The notes below the pieces were generated by a model. It made no database searches. It was not told the DNA's origin and saw only the letters and a program-made list of their open reading frames with translations. DNA of 64,000 nucleotides from Actinobacteria bacterium UBA4426. GTDB taxonomy: Bacteria > Actinomycetota > Actinomycetes > S36-B12. The position numbers were made by a program, and so were the translations under genes. Where the stretch lies: assembly GCA_002390705.1 (NCBI GenBank), contig DGQA01000031.1, positions 10,923 to 74,922 of the forward strand, written 5' to 3'. This document shows, piece after piece, positions 16,707 through 25,247 of this stretch (its first letter is position 1; every line of letters begins with the position of its first letter).

Positions 16707-18089
16707 CTAAATAGAGTCGCGGGCCATGTCAACAAAGCGCGAATAGTGGCCTTGAAAGGCCACCGTGACAGTCGCCGTCGGGCCATTGCGGTGCTTTGCA
16801 ACGATAAAGTCGGCTTCCCCTGCCCGAGGTGACTCACGGTCGTAGGCGTCCTCGCGGTGAAGTAGCACCACCATATCTGCATCCTGCTCCAGCGATCCCG
16901 ACTCGCGTAGGTCAGAAAGCATTGGCCGTTTGTCTTGACGTTGTTCCGGTCCACGGTTGAGCTGACTGATGGCAATCACGGGGACTTCAAGTTCCTTTGC
17001 CAGCAGTTTTAAGGATCTGGAGAACTCGGAAACCTCCTGCTGGCGGTTCTCAACGCGCTTCCCGCTTGTCATGAGTTGTAGGTAGTCAACAACAACGAGT
17101 TGCAAGTTATGGCGTTGCTTCAACCGACGACACTTTGCCCGAATTTCCATGAGGTTCATGTTGGGTGAGTCGTCAATGAAAAACGGTGCTTCGCTGACCG
17201 TACCCATCTTATTGGCAAGTTTCGCCCAGTCGGCTTCACTCATCTGACCCGAACGCATGTGATGTAACGCGACCTGGGCTTCTGCAGATAGCAGACGCAT
17301 CACGATTTCGTTGCGACTCATTTCAAGTGAAAAAATAACGCTCGTTAATCCATGCTTAATGGAGGCGCTCCGACAAATATCAAGACCGAGCGTTGATTTA
17401 CCCAGTGCGGGGCGCGCTGCAACAATAACGAGTTGCCCGGCATGTAGTCCGTTTGTGAGCGTGTCCAACTCAGCAAACCCGGTTGGTACACCAACCATTT
17501 CACCATCGCGATTAGAGATCGCTTCAATCTCACTCAAGGTTCCCTGCATGATGTCACTTAAAGGTGCGTAGTCCTCGCTTGACCGGCGCTCCGTTACTTC
17601 GTAGACCTCGGCTTGGGCGCGGTCAACTGCGTCGTCCACTTCACCTTGACCGCTGTAACCGAGATGCACAATCCGTGTTCCCGCAGTAACGAGTCTGCGT
17701 AAAATTGCTTGCTCCCGAACAATGCGCCCGTAGTAATTCGCGTTGGCAGCCGTGGGAACCATGGAAACTAAAGTGTGTAAATAGGAGGGTCCGCCGATCC
17801 GAGTAATTTCGCCCGACTTGGTCAACTCTGAAGCCACTGTCACGGCGTCAGCCGGCTCGCCTCGACCGTAAAGATCTAAAATTGTGTCGTAGATTGTGGA
17901 GTGTGACGGCCGATAAAAGTCGTCGGCGCGGATTGATTCAACTACGTCCGCGATTGCGTCTTTACTCAACAGCATCGCACCCAGCACCGACTGCTCGGCG
18001 GCTTCATCATTGGGGGGTGTGCGATCCGGTGCGGCAGAATAGGCAGAGTCCCGGGGTTCTTCGGGGATATGTAGCTCGGAGACGCTCAA
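16707..18089 (-). CDS. dnaB: Replicative DNA helicase DnaB
   Basis: 460 aa. N-terminal AEQSVLGAMLL, Walker A ARPALGKST, and later motifs VVVDYLQLM and SQLNRGPEQR. No intein. Confidence 0.95.
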   Translation of the reverse strand: MSVSELHIPEEPRDSAYSAAPDRTPPNDEAAEQSVLGAMLLSKDAIADVVESIRADDFYRPSHSTIYDTILDLYGRGEPADAVTVASELTKSGEITRIGGPSYLHTLVSMVPTAANANYYGRIVREQAILRRLVTAGTRIVHLGYSGQGEVDDAVDRAQAEVYEVTERRSSEDYAPLSDIMQGTLSEIEAISNRDGEMVGVPTGFAELDTLTNGLHAGQLVIVAARPALGKSTLGLDICRSASIKHGLTSVIFSLEMSRNEIVMRLLSAEAQVALHHMRSGQMSEADWAKLANKMGTVSEAPFFIDDSPNMNLMEIRAKCRRLKQRHNLQLVVVDYLQLMTSGKRVENRQQEVSEFSRSLKLLAKELEVPVIAISQLNRGPEQRQDKRPMLSDLRESGSLEQDADMVVLLHREDAYDRESPRAGEADFIVAKHRNGPTATVTVAFQGHYSRFVDMARDSI

Positions 18090-18188
18090 TTCTGCCCTTT
18101 CTGAATGTGAGTGCTCGGTGGTCTCTGGAAAATCTTCGACTACCCGCAGTTAACACCCAAGGGCTGACGTTAGAGACCGCGAATCGCC

Positions 18189-18341
18189 GTGTCCATTCAC
18201 CCTGTGGGTCGTGATGTGCGCTACCTGTGCACTAAGGGACCATACTGGTGGATTGTCCCGGGATATCCTGTGGAAAAGATGAGTATTTTGGATGTTTTCT
18301 GGCTTTTCACCCACAAGATGGTGTCCACACCCTGTGGACAA
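18189..18341. promoter_or_regulatory. Cluster of DnaA-box-like sequences in the dnaB / LMW-PTP divergent intergenic region
   Basis: GTGTCCACA (18321-18329) and TGTGGACAA (18333-18341, the reverse complement of TTGTCCACA) form the inverted repeat TGTCCACA-ccc-TGTGGACA. TGTGGAAAA lies at 18269-18277. A degenerate copy of the same 20-nt arrangement, gtgtccattcaccctgtgggtc, lies at 18189-18210. Confidence 0.4.
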
Positions 18342-18365
18342 AAACTTTATTACTAGGCTTCGCGG

Positions 18366-18887
18366 GTGCCTAATCTAGGGAGTTCGCAGCAATTGCGCGT
18401 GACCGCCGTGTGCCTGGGCAATATTTGCCGATCACCAATTGCTGAAGCTGTACTTCGTGACCGGATCCAAGCGGCCGGACTCAGCGAAAAAGTAGTTGTT
18501 GACTCAGCCGGCACCGGTGATTGGCATCTTGGCCACGAGGCAGATCCCAGGACCCATGCCATCCTTTCCCAAAACGGTTACGTGTTAACCCACTCGGCCC
18601 GACAGATTACTTCGAGTTGGATGGCTGAAATCGACATTATTTTGGTCATGGATTCCAGTAATTACCTCAATGTTGAAGCCTTAATGCGTGACAGCGGGTT
18701 CGAACCTGAGCTGTACATGATCCGTAGCTTTGACCCAGATCTTGCCCACTATGACAATCTGAGCCCGGAGCTGGACGTGCCCGACCCCTATTACGATCGG
18801 GACAATGGGTTTGCTCTGGTACTGAAAATGATCGAACGGGCAGCCGACGAATTTGTCGCCGGGCTACCCGCTCGCTTGAATCAATAA
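18366..18887 (+). CDS. ptpA: Low-molecular-weight protein tyrosine phosphatase
   Basis: P-loop CLGNICRSP (C-X5-R-S) near the N-terminus and a DP motif (DVPDPYY) near the C-terminus. The ORF-track start at 18366 is GTG. In-frame TTG (18393) or GTG (18399) are alternatives. Confidence 0.85.
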   Translation: MPNLGSSQQLRVTAVCLGNICRSPIAEAVLRDRIQAAGLSEKVVVDSAGTGDWHLGHEADPRTHAILSQNGYVLTHSARQITSSWMAEIDIILVMDSSNYLNVEALMRDSGFEPELYMIRSFDPDLAHYDNLSPELDVPDPYYDRDNGFALVLKMIERAADEFVAGLPARLNQ

Positions 18888-18890
18888 GTA

Positions 18891-19610
18891 TTAATCCGGG
18901 TGAACCACTTCCGGGTCACCCGATAAACGACGGTACGCCAGCGCATCTGCCAGGTAAGTAAATGCCGCAACAAATACGTTGACCAACAGCACCAAAATAA
19001 ATGCAATACCGGAAACCATGCTCGTCAACACATTAAAGTCATTGGCTCCCCCAATAAGGATCGATTGGCTTACTGAGGCAACTACGGTAAGTGAGACCGT
19101 TGCACCGATTAGTACGATTTTGAACCCGATGAAGCGCCAGAATGAAGTAGTAATCAATTCCCAGCTCATGGCGAGAGCCGCAAAACCGGTCATGCCTGAG
19201 TTTCCAATAAGTGCATAAGGAAATAGTGAAAACATAAAAGCTAAAATTAGCCCTGGGATAATAAAAGCGACCAAACCGACAACAACAATGCCGGTATAGA
19301 CGAGACCTGCTACGAGAAACCACCAATACCGATCTGAGCGCAACAGCACTCCCACAGATGGTTTGGCTCCTTCTGAGGCGTTATAGGCGTTGCGTAAGAG
19401 TCCAAGGAATGTGTAGAAGAAGCCAAGGATCCCGAGGAAGATTACAATTGCACCCAGGGCTGGAACAGCGACTGCGGCAAGCGCCCCCACAATAATGATC
19501 GCGACGGGAATAGCAATCGCGACAAAAATCACCAGCAGCCAATGCCAATATTGACGCTTGGTCAAACTCCATGCCTCATCAAGTACGGCAGCGATATCAA
19601 ATCCGGACAT
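18891..19610 (-). CDS. Polytopic membrane protein of unknown function
   Basis: The likely start is MSGFDIAAVLDEAW (ATG at 19610, RBS AAAGGA). It has several long hydrophobic segments and no motif I recognise with confidence. Confidence 0.55.
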   Translation of the reverse strand: MSGFDIAAVLDEAWSLTKRQYWHWLLVIFVAIAIPVAIIIVGALAAVAVPALGAIVIFLGILGFFYTFLGLLRNAYNASEGAKPSVGVLLRSDRYWWFLVAGLVYTGIVVVGLVAFIIPGLILAFMFSLFPYALIGNSGMTGFAALAMSWELITTSFWRFIGFKIVLIGATVSLTVVASVSQSILIGGANDFNVLTSMVSGIAFILVLLVNVFVAAFTYLADALAYRRLSGDPEVVHPD

Positions 19611-19771
19611 GTTTTTCCTTTCAGTTCCCATGATTACGCGAGATTTTTTGGTGTGACCAGGCGGCGAAATCTGGTGACAAATTGACCTTAGCATCTTTAA
19701 ATCACCGGTATGTCGACTTTAAATGTGGGAAATGGACATGAATCAGGCCCAATTTCCAAGGACCGAACTAT

Positions 19772-20812
19772 TTACCGATCGGGCCTTAAGTCTGCAATTA
19801 CGTATTCCAGTAGTTCACGACCATGATCAGATGCGGTCACAATGTCAGCACTGTGCAGGTCGACCCCGTTAAAGGCCTGCAGGCGTAAAACGTCTCCGTG
19901 TCGGAGTTGGTTGGGAAATATTCCAGCAAAAGAAAAGGAAAAATCACTTACTTGATTATTCAGAACAATCTCGGTGTGAGGTAGGTCAAGTGGTACATCA
20001 AGGTACACCGCATCACGCCGTTTATTTGTCATCAGAGTTACTCGTGCGCTCTCTATCGCCTCGGTAAAATCCTTCCCGGGTTCAGTGACATGAATTATTG
20101 CCGAATTATGATCCACTTTTTCTTCGATACTAAAAATGGTTTCATTAGGAACAGTGACATTGGTGGGTACCTGCGCGATCACGGCATGTAAACCGGATAC
20201 TTCGAGAATTTTTTGTACCATTTCATAATATTTCTTCGGCACATACATATTTCTTAAATCACCATGGTTCAGTTTCAAATAGAACAAAACCACTGATTGC
20301 CGGTGTCCCTCCAGATTAACTGCGGCATTGTTATGAACTGTGTCCGGGATCCAGCCAAGGAGAATTCCGGTTTCATGTGCACCTAGCTTGATGTTTGCTT
20401 TTTGGCTATACGGGTGGGCTGCCGTTGCTTCACTAAAAATACCCAAGTACCCGGCTTCGGTTGCCCATTGTGAGCCGAATCGTTTGAGTCTCTCAAAAAG
20501 GTGGTGTCCGCGAGCCGCGTCTCGCACAACCGCAATACCTGCATGTATAACCCGCTCCACGCCCTCTTCCACCATAAGCGCCATATGGCCAAGAATAGTT
20601 CCGTCATTTAATTGACCGATTGTGCTGCGTAAAGTGTTGTTACGTATTCTTTCAGCTATTTTCTCGGCGTCATAAACCCAGTCAGCGTCATACGACTCCC
20701 CATACGACTCTTTGATCAACTCAACGAGGACCTCGGATTCATGTGGTTCAAGAAATCGGATTATGACATCTGAATCTTCGACCATGACACCAGTATTGCT
20801 AAGACGCAGCAC
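19772..20812 (-). CDS. GNAT-like N-acetyltransferase fused to a C-terminal domain of about 180 aa of unknown function
   Basis: The N-terminal 160 or so aa have a GNAT-like pattern (...GHMALMVEEGVERVIHAGIAVVRDAARGHHLFERLKRF...). I do not recognise the C-terminal half. The start may be MVEDSD (20785). Confidence 0.5.
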   Translation of the reverse strand: MLRLSNTGVMVEDSDVIIRFLEPHESEVLVELIKESYGESYDADWVYDAEKIAERIRNNTLRSTIGQLNDGTILGHMALMVEEGVERVIHAGIAVVRDAARGHHLFERLKRFGSQWATEAGYLGIFSEATAAHPYSQKANIKLGAHETGILLGWIPDTVHNNAAVNLEGHRQSVVLFYLKLNHGDLRNMYVPKKYYEMVQKILEVSGLHAVIAQVPTNVTVPNETIFSIEEKVDHNSAIIHVTEPGKDFTEAIESARVTLMTNKRRDAVYLDVPLDLPHTEIVLNNQVSDFSFSFAGIFPNQLRHGDVLRLQAFNGVDLHSADIVTASDHGRELLEYVIADLRPDR

Positions 20813-20819
20813 AACATTT

Positions 20820-20852
20820 AAAAGGGGCCGCCCACTGGGAGCGACCCCTTTT
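20820..20852 (-). terminator. Rho-independent terminator (copy 1 of an identical 33-nt element), downstream of the DUF805 gene
   Basis: AAAAGGGGCCGCCCACTGGGAGCGACCCCTTTT. On the minus-strand RNA this gives GGGGUCGCUC/GGGCGGCCCC, a 10-bp stem (two G-U pairs) with a 5-nt loop, followed by UUUU. Confidence 0.75.
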
Positions 20853-20886
20853 ACAACGAACTATGAGAAAGAATTACTTAACAGGA

Positions 20887-21249
20887 CTAGTTGACGGCGG
20901 TAGTGGTGGGTGGACCAAATCGATTGTCACCTTCCGTGCCTGGTGTTGCCCAGAAAACAATCAGCACGATCGAGCCGATTAGAGGAATAAGCGCAATGAG
21001 TATCCACCACGCGCTGCGATCAACATCATGTAAGCGCCGAAAATATAGACCGAGCATCGGCAATACAAAGCTTGCCCAAACAAGGACGGATATGATGATG
21101 GGGAGACCGGTGAGGTCCACAATGAAATTGACAATGAAGATAACCACCGCATAGAACAGAAAGAACCACCAAAATTCTGATCGACTAGCGCGGCCATTGA
21201 ATTTGGCGTAGTTCGAGTAACCTGATTTTATCGCTTCCATATATGACAT
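20887..21249 (-). CDS. DUF805-family inner membrane protein
   Basis: GRASRSEFWWFFLF...YFRRLHDVDRSAWWILIALIPLIGSIVLIVF...GDNRFG is the DUF805 (YhaH/YhaI-like) pattern. The ATG at 21249 lies 7 nt downstream of GGAGG (21261-21257). Confidence 0.8.
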   Translation of the reverse strand: MSYMEAIKSGYSNYAKFNGRASRSEFWWFFLFYAVVIFIVNFIVDLTGLPIIISVLVWASFVLPMLGLYFRRLHDVDRSAWWILIALIPLIGSIVLIVFWATPGTEGDNRFGPPTTTAVN

Positions 21250-21441
21250 GAGCATTCCTCCACTTACATAGTCGGTGTCCGGCACTGGCGGCTTTTACAA
21301 CACTTTCCTCATCACTCTACACACCAAATTACCCCAAAGCGCGCACATTTCAGCACACTCACGCGTATTAAAGGCCACAGCCCGATTCGTGAGCGAGCAC
21401 CTTGGACCGCTGTGGCGGGCGGGTTCAGATTAGTGAAATGT

Positions 21442-21474
21442 AAAAGGGGCCGCCCACTGGGAGCGACCCCTTTT
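21442..21474 (-). terminator. Rho-independent terminator (copy 2 of the identical 33-nt element), downstream of rplI
   Basis: An exact repeat of 20820-20852, 27 nt after the rplI stop. The 30 or so nt between each element and its upstream stop codon are also loosely similar. Confidence 0.75.
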
Positions 21475-21501
21475 CACACCAACGATAAGGAAAACTAATT
21501 G

Positions 21502-21948
21502 TTAGTCAGCTGAAACGACAAACTGCACATTGGCGCTTACACCCGGGTGCACGTCGACTGTTGCATGGTGATTTCCCACCGTCTTAATCGCGCCGGCTAA
21601 ATGCACCTTGCGCTTATCAATTGAAATATCGCCAGCAGCCTTCACCGCTGAGGCGATGTCTGCTGTCGTAATTGAACCGAAGAGTTTTCCGGTCGCACCA
21701 GCTTTGGCGGGGACGACAATCACCATTGATTCAAGTGATTGCTTGATTTCATTGGCATGATCACGGTCACGGACCTCGCGTACCTTACGGGCACGCTTAA
21801 TTTGGGTCACCTGCTTCTCGCCACCACGGGTCCAGGAGATTGCGAAACCGCGTGGGAGTAAGAAGTTGCGTCCATAACCATCTTTGACTTCGACGATGTC
21901 TCCTGCAGCACCAAGACCGCTGACTTCCTGCGTAAGGATGAGTTTCAT
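21502..21948 (-). CDS. rplI: 50S ribosomal protein L9
   Basis: MKLILTQEVSGLGAAGDIVEVKDGYGRNFLLPRG is the canonical L9 N-terminus. Confidence 0.95.
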   Translation of the reverse strand: MKLILTQEVSGLGAAGDIVEVKDGYGRNFLLPRGFAISWTRGGEKQVTQIKRARKVREVRDRDHANEIKQSLESMVIVVPAKAGATGKLFGSITTADIASAVKAAGDISIDKRKVHLAGAIKTVGNHHATVDVHPGVSANVQFVVSAD

Positions 21949-21966
21949 ATTAATGCTCCTTCTTTT

Positions 21967-22227
21967 TTACCGCGTTGCCGCTGAGTAGGGAAGAAGTGCC
22001 ATTTCACGGGCATTCTTCACAGCCATGGCAACATCGCGCTGATGCTGGGTGCAGTTACCGGTAACCCGGCGGGCACGAATCTTGCCTCGATCGGAAACAA
22101 ATTTACGAAGTAGGTTGACGTCTTTATAGTCCAGACCCTTCACTTCTTTTTTGCAGAAGGCGCAAGCTTTGGCCTTCACCATCTTGTTCTTATCTAATAC
22201 TTGTTGGCGCTTGTTATCGCGTGCCAT
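21967..22227 (-). CDS. rpsR: 30S ribosomal protein S18
   Basis: ...[48 protein letters not shown] is the canonical S18 sequence. Confidence 0.95.
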   Translation of the reverse strand: MARDNKRQQVLDKNKMVKAKACAFCKKEVKGLDYKDVNLLRKFVSDRGKIRARRVTGNCTQHQRDVAMAVKNAREMALLPYSAATR

Positions 22228-22267
22228 TTAATAACTCCTTGAATTTATGAGGGAAAATTTTATGTGT

Positions 22268-22738
22268 TTAGAAGGGTGGTTCATCAAAGTTTGCAGCAGG
22301 TGCACCCGTTGCCCAGGGATCGTCAGCAGGGGCTGCCGATCCACCGCCGGAGCTAAATCCACCTTCGGAGCGTTGTACCCGAGTGACCTTCGCTGTTGCA
22401 TAGCGCAAAGCGGGACCGACATCTTCTACTTCAACTTCCATTACTGTTCGCTTTTCACCCTCTCGGGTTTCATAAGAACGCTGCTTTAATCTACCTGACA
22501 CCATTACCCGAGTCCCCTTTGTGAGTGACTCAGCAACATTTTCTGCGTATTGACGCCACACGCTACATCGCAAGTAGGTCGGGTCCCCGTCTTTCCATTC
22601 ATTCGTTGCTTTGTCCAAATAGCGTGAGTTGGTAGCAACAGTAAATGAAGCAACAGCGGCGCCGCTTGGGGTGAAGCGCAGTTCAGGATCGTTAGTCAAG
22701 TTCCCAATGACCGTCACACTGATATCACCGGCTGCCAT
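22268..22738 (-). CDS. ssb: Single-stranded DNA-binding protein
   Basis: OB-fold N-terminus ([28 protein letters not shown]), a Gly-rich tail and the acidic C-terminal tip DEPPF. Confidence 0.95.
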   Translation of the reverse strand: MAAGDISVTVIGNLTNDPELRFTPSGAAVASFTVATNSRYLDKATNEWKDGDPTYLRCSVWRQYAENVAESLTKGTRVMVSGRLKQRSYETREGEKRTVMEVEVEDVGPALRYATAKVTRVQRSEGGFSSGGGSAAPADDPWATGAPAANFDEPPF

Positions 22739-23046
22739 TAGGAAGCCTTAACGGGTGTGGACCAGTTGGGGCGAATCACCTTGGTGCGAACGACAGCTTC
22801 GTTCAGTGAGAGTTGGCGATCCAGTTCGGCCACTGCTTCTGGGGTCGAGGTCAACTCAATTACCGCGTAGTAGCCATCGGTCTTGTGGTTGATTTCGTAG
22901 GCGAAGCGGCGCTTGCCCCAGAAATCTACTTTCTCAACACTTCCACCATCAGCCTTGATTACATTCAGGAATGTATCGAGACTAGGGGCAATAGTTTTTT
23001 CTTCAAGTTCAGAGTCCAGAATGACCATGACTTCGTATTTACGCAT
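22738..23046 (-). CDS. rpsF: 30S ribosomal protein S6
   Basis: [16 protein letters not shown]...[14 protein letters not shown] is the canonical S6 sequence. First gene of the rpsF-ssb-rpsR-rplI operon. Confidence 0.95.
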   Translation of the reverse strand: MRKYEVMVILDSELEEKTIAPSLDTFLNVIKADGGSVEKVDFWGKRRFAYEINHKTDGYYAVIELTSTPEAVAELDRQLSLNEAVVRTKVIRPNWSTPVKAS

Positions 23047-23057
23047 GTATTAACCCA

Positions 23058-23100
23058 CCTCCTTCGGACTAAACGGCCACGGCATTTCCGTGACAGGAGG
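23058..23100 (-). promoter_or_regulatory. Candidate structured 5' leader of the rpsF operon that sequesters the Shine-Dalgarno sequence
   Basis: The minus-strand RNA reads CCUCC-ugu-CACGG-aaaug-CCGUG-gccguuuaguccgaa-GGAGG-uggguuaauac-AUG. The outer CCUCC/GGAGG helix pairs the SD, and the inner hairpin lies at 23078-23092. Confidence 0.3.
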
Positions 23101-23311
23101 ATTAATGCCCTCTTAGAGTAGCCGCAACAGGCTCTAGTTCCACAAGGGGTCGCTATTCCATAATGCTGGCGAGATTCCTCATGGTCACACACGCGATCTG
23201 AGAGCCGTAATTCTTGACTCCTGGTGTGGGTGCCAATGGGCGCTGAATCCAATTTTTGAAAGGGATTGCGTGTGTAAGGCTCAGGTCCACGTGAGGCAAT
23301 AGGCTGACAGC

Positions 23312-24100
23312 GTGCGTATTGCAACCTGGAATGTGAACTCGGTGGGTGCCCGACTTGATCGGTTAGTGGAGTGGCTCCAGAGCGCTCAACCCGATGTGGT
23401 GGCGTTGCAAGAGTTGAAATGCACCGACGAGGCGTTCCCACACCTACCAATCCAAGCAGCGGGCTACGAAGCCGTCACCCACGGCACCGGTCGTTGGAAT
23501 GGTGTTGCGATTCTTTCTCGGGTTGGCGCAACCGACGTTGTTCGGGGTTTAGTTGGACAACCTGATTTCGACGGGGCTTCCGAGCCACGGGCAATTGGAG
23601 CAACCTGCAATGGTGTGCGGGTCTGGAGTGTCTACTGCCCTAATGGTCGCGAACCAAGCCATGATCACTACAGGTACAAGTTGGAGTGGTTCACAGCGTT
23701 GAATGTGACCGCAAAATCAGAAATAGCCGACCATCCTGATCTACCGTTCGCTGTGATCGGTGACTACAACATCGCTCCGACTGACGAGGACGTGTGGGAC
23801 ATCGAAAAATTTGTTGATTCAACACATGTGACACTGGCGGAGCGTGCTGCACTGACCGACCTTGAAGCCATGGGCTTGATTGAGACCGTGCCGCGATCCC
23901 TTAAGGGTGAACCGTACACATTCTGGGACTACCGCAATGGTTCCTTTCACCGTGGTTGGGGGATGCGGATTGACCTTGTCTATGGGAATCAGGTGTTCAC
24001 GTCACTAGTGCAGGATTCATACGTCGATCGCGATGCACGTAAGGGAAAAGGCGCCTCCGATCATGCACCTGTTGTTGTCGATCTAGATTTGTCCGTATGA
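23312..24100 (+). CDS. xthA: Exodeoxyribonuclease III (AP endonuclease)
   Basis: (V)RIATWNVNSVGARLDRLVEWL...PDVVALQELKC at the N-terminus and a C-terminal SDHAPV motif. GTG start. Confidence 0.9.
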   Translation: MRIATWNVNSVGARLDRLVEWLQSAQPDVVALQELKCTDEAFPHLPIQAAGYEAVTHGTGRWNGVAILSRVGATDVVRGLVGQPDFDGASEPRAIGATCNGVRVWSVYCPNGREPSHDHYRYKLEWFTALNVTAKSEIADHPDLPFAVIGDYNIAPTDEDVWDIEKFVDSTHVTLAERAALTDLEAMGLIETVPRSLKGEPYTFWDYRNGSFHRGWGMRIDLVYGNQVFTSLVQDSYVDRDARKGKGASDHAPVVVDLDLSV

Positions 24101-25212
24101 GTCGTGAAGTCCGGCGGATTAGTGTCGAGCAGCATTCAGGGTTCCTAAATGGTGTGATTGCTTCTGGAACCACTTCGGTTTCTTTTTTGCAATTACCCGA
24201 ATGGGGTAATGTCAAAGTGGGGTGGCGACCAGAGTCGGTTGGTTGGTTTGAAGAATCCACACTTGTGGGCGTTGCATTGGTGTTGTATCGCCCTATTCCA
24301 AAATTGCCGCAGCGTTCTTTGGCATACGTTCCCGAAGGTCCGGTTATTGATTGGGAAAGTGGCGATCTTTCTTCATGGTTGTCACCTTTGGTCTCGCACG
24401 TTAAGGGTCGTGGCGCGTTTCAATTAAAGATGGGCCCGCCCGTTGCCATCAAACAATGGGACGCGCAAACAATCAAGAGTGCAATCGGTGAAATCTCACT
24501 GCTTGGAGATGTTCCAAGTGATCGCAAATTCTCACTTGATGACTCGGTGATCAAGTCCATGCGTTCACTTGGATTCGTACAAGAGGAAAACGTTAGTGCT
24601 GGTTTCGGTGACGTACAACCACGTTATGTTTTTCAAGTACCACTTGCCGGTCGCAGTGAAGCCGAATTATTCGCCGGCTTCAACCAGCAGTGGCGACGTA
24701 ATGTTCGCAAGGCTGAAAAGGCCGGTGTTGAAATTTCAATTGGCACGCGCGATGACCTGGCTGCCTTTCACCGGGTTTATGTTGAGACAGCTTCGCGTGA
24801 TGGTTTCACACCGCGAGGCTTGGTCTACTTCCAACGCATGTGGGATGCACTAAGTGATCATTTTACTTTGCATGTTGCGCGCCATGACGGTCATGTTGCT
24901 GCTGCGACAATCATGATCACCGTTGGCGCGCATGCTTGGTACTCCTACGGTGCCTCCACTACCGCCGATCGTGATGTTCGTCCTTCGAATGCATTGCAGT
25001 GGTCCATGATCAAGGCAGCACGTGAATCGGGTTGTTCGGTATATGACCTGCGCGGTATTTCCAACACCTTGGACAGCTCAGATCACCTCTTTGGCTTGGT
25101 GTCTTTCAAACTGGGTTCGGGTGGCTACGCCCAGGAATACGTCGGCGAGTGGGACTGTGTGATTCGTAAGTCTTGGGCTCGCGCTTTTTCGATCTACCAG
25201 CGGCGAGGCTAG
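24097..25212 (+). CDS. FemAB-family peptidoglycan interpeptide-bridge aminoacyltransferase (FemX-like)
   Basis: 371 aa. FLQLPEWGNVKVGWRPESVGWF...AYVPEGPV...FNQQWRRNVRKAEKAGV...YSYGAS... matches the FemABX family pattern. ATGA overlap with xthA. Confidence 0.8.
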   Translation: MSREVRRISVEQHSGFLNGVIASGTTSVSFLQLPEWGNVKVGWRPESVGWFEESTLVGVALVLYRPIPKLPQRSLAYVPEGPVIDWESGDLSSWLSPLVSHVKGRGAFQLKMGPPVAIKQWDAQTIKSAIGEISLLGDVPSDRKFSLDDSVIKSMRSLGFVQEENVSAGFGDVQPRYVFQVPLAGRSEAELFAGFNQQWRRNVRKAEKAGVEISIGTRDDLAAFHRVYVETASRDGFTPRGLVYFQRMWDALSDHFTLHVARHDGHVAAATIMITVGAHAWYSYGASTTADRDVRPSNALQWSMIKAARESGCSVYDLRGISNTLDSSDHLFGLVSFKLGSGGYAQEYVGEWDCVIRKSWARAFSIYQRRG

Positions 25213-25247
25213 GAGGCAGATTGCTGTGATCCTGACATGATTGACGA

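Noticed and set aside
18150-18562. ORFs 18150-18341 - and 18353-18562 - in and around the dnaB/ptp intergenic region.
   Set aside because: They have no RBS or motifs. One is antisense to the well-supported LMW-PTP gene and the other lies across the DnaA-box-like cluster.
22965-23450. The 161-aa ORF on the minus strand spanning the rpsF leader and the xthA start.
   Set aside because: It overlaps rpsF and xthA, has no motifs, and covers a region better explained as a promoter/leader for the divergent rpsF and xthA units.
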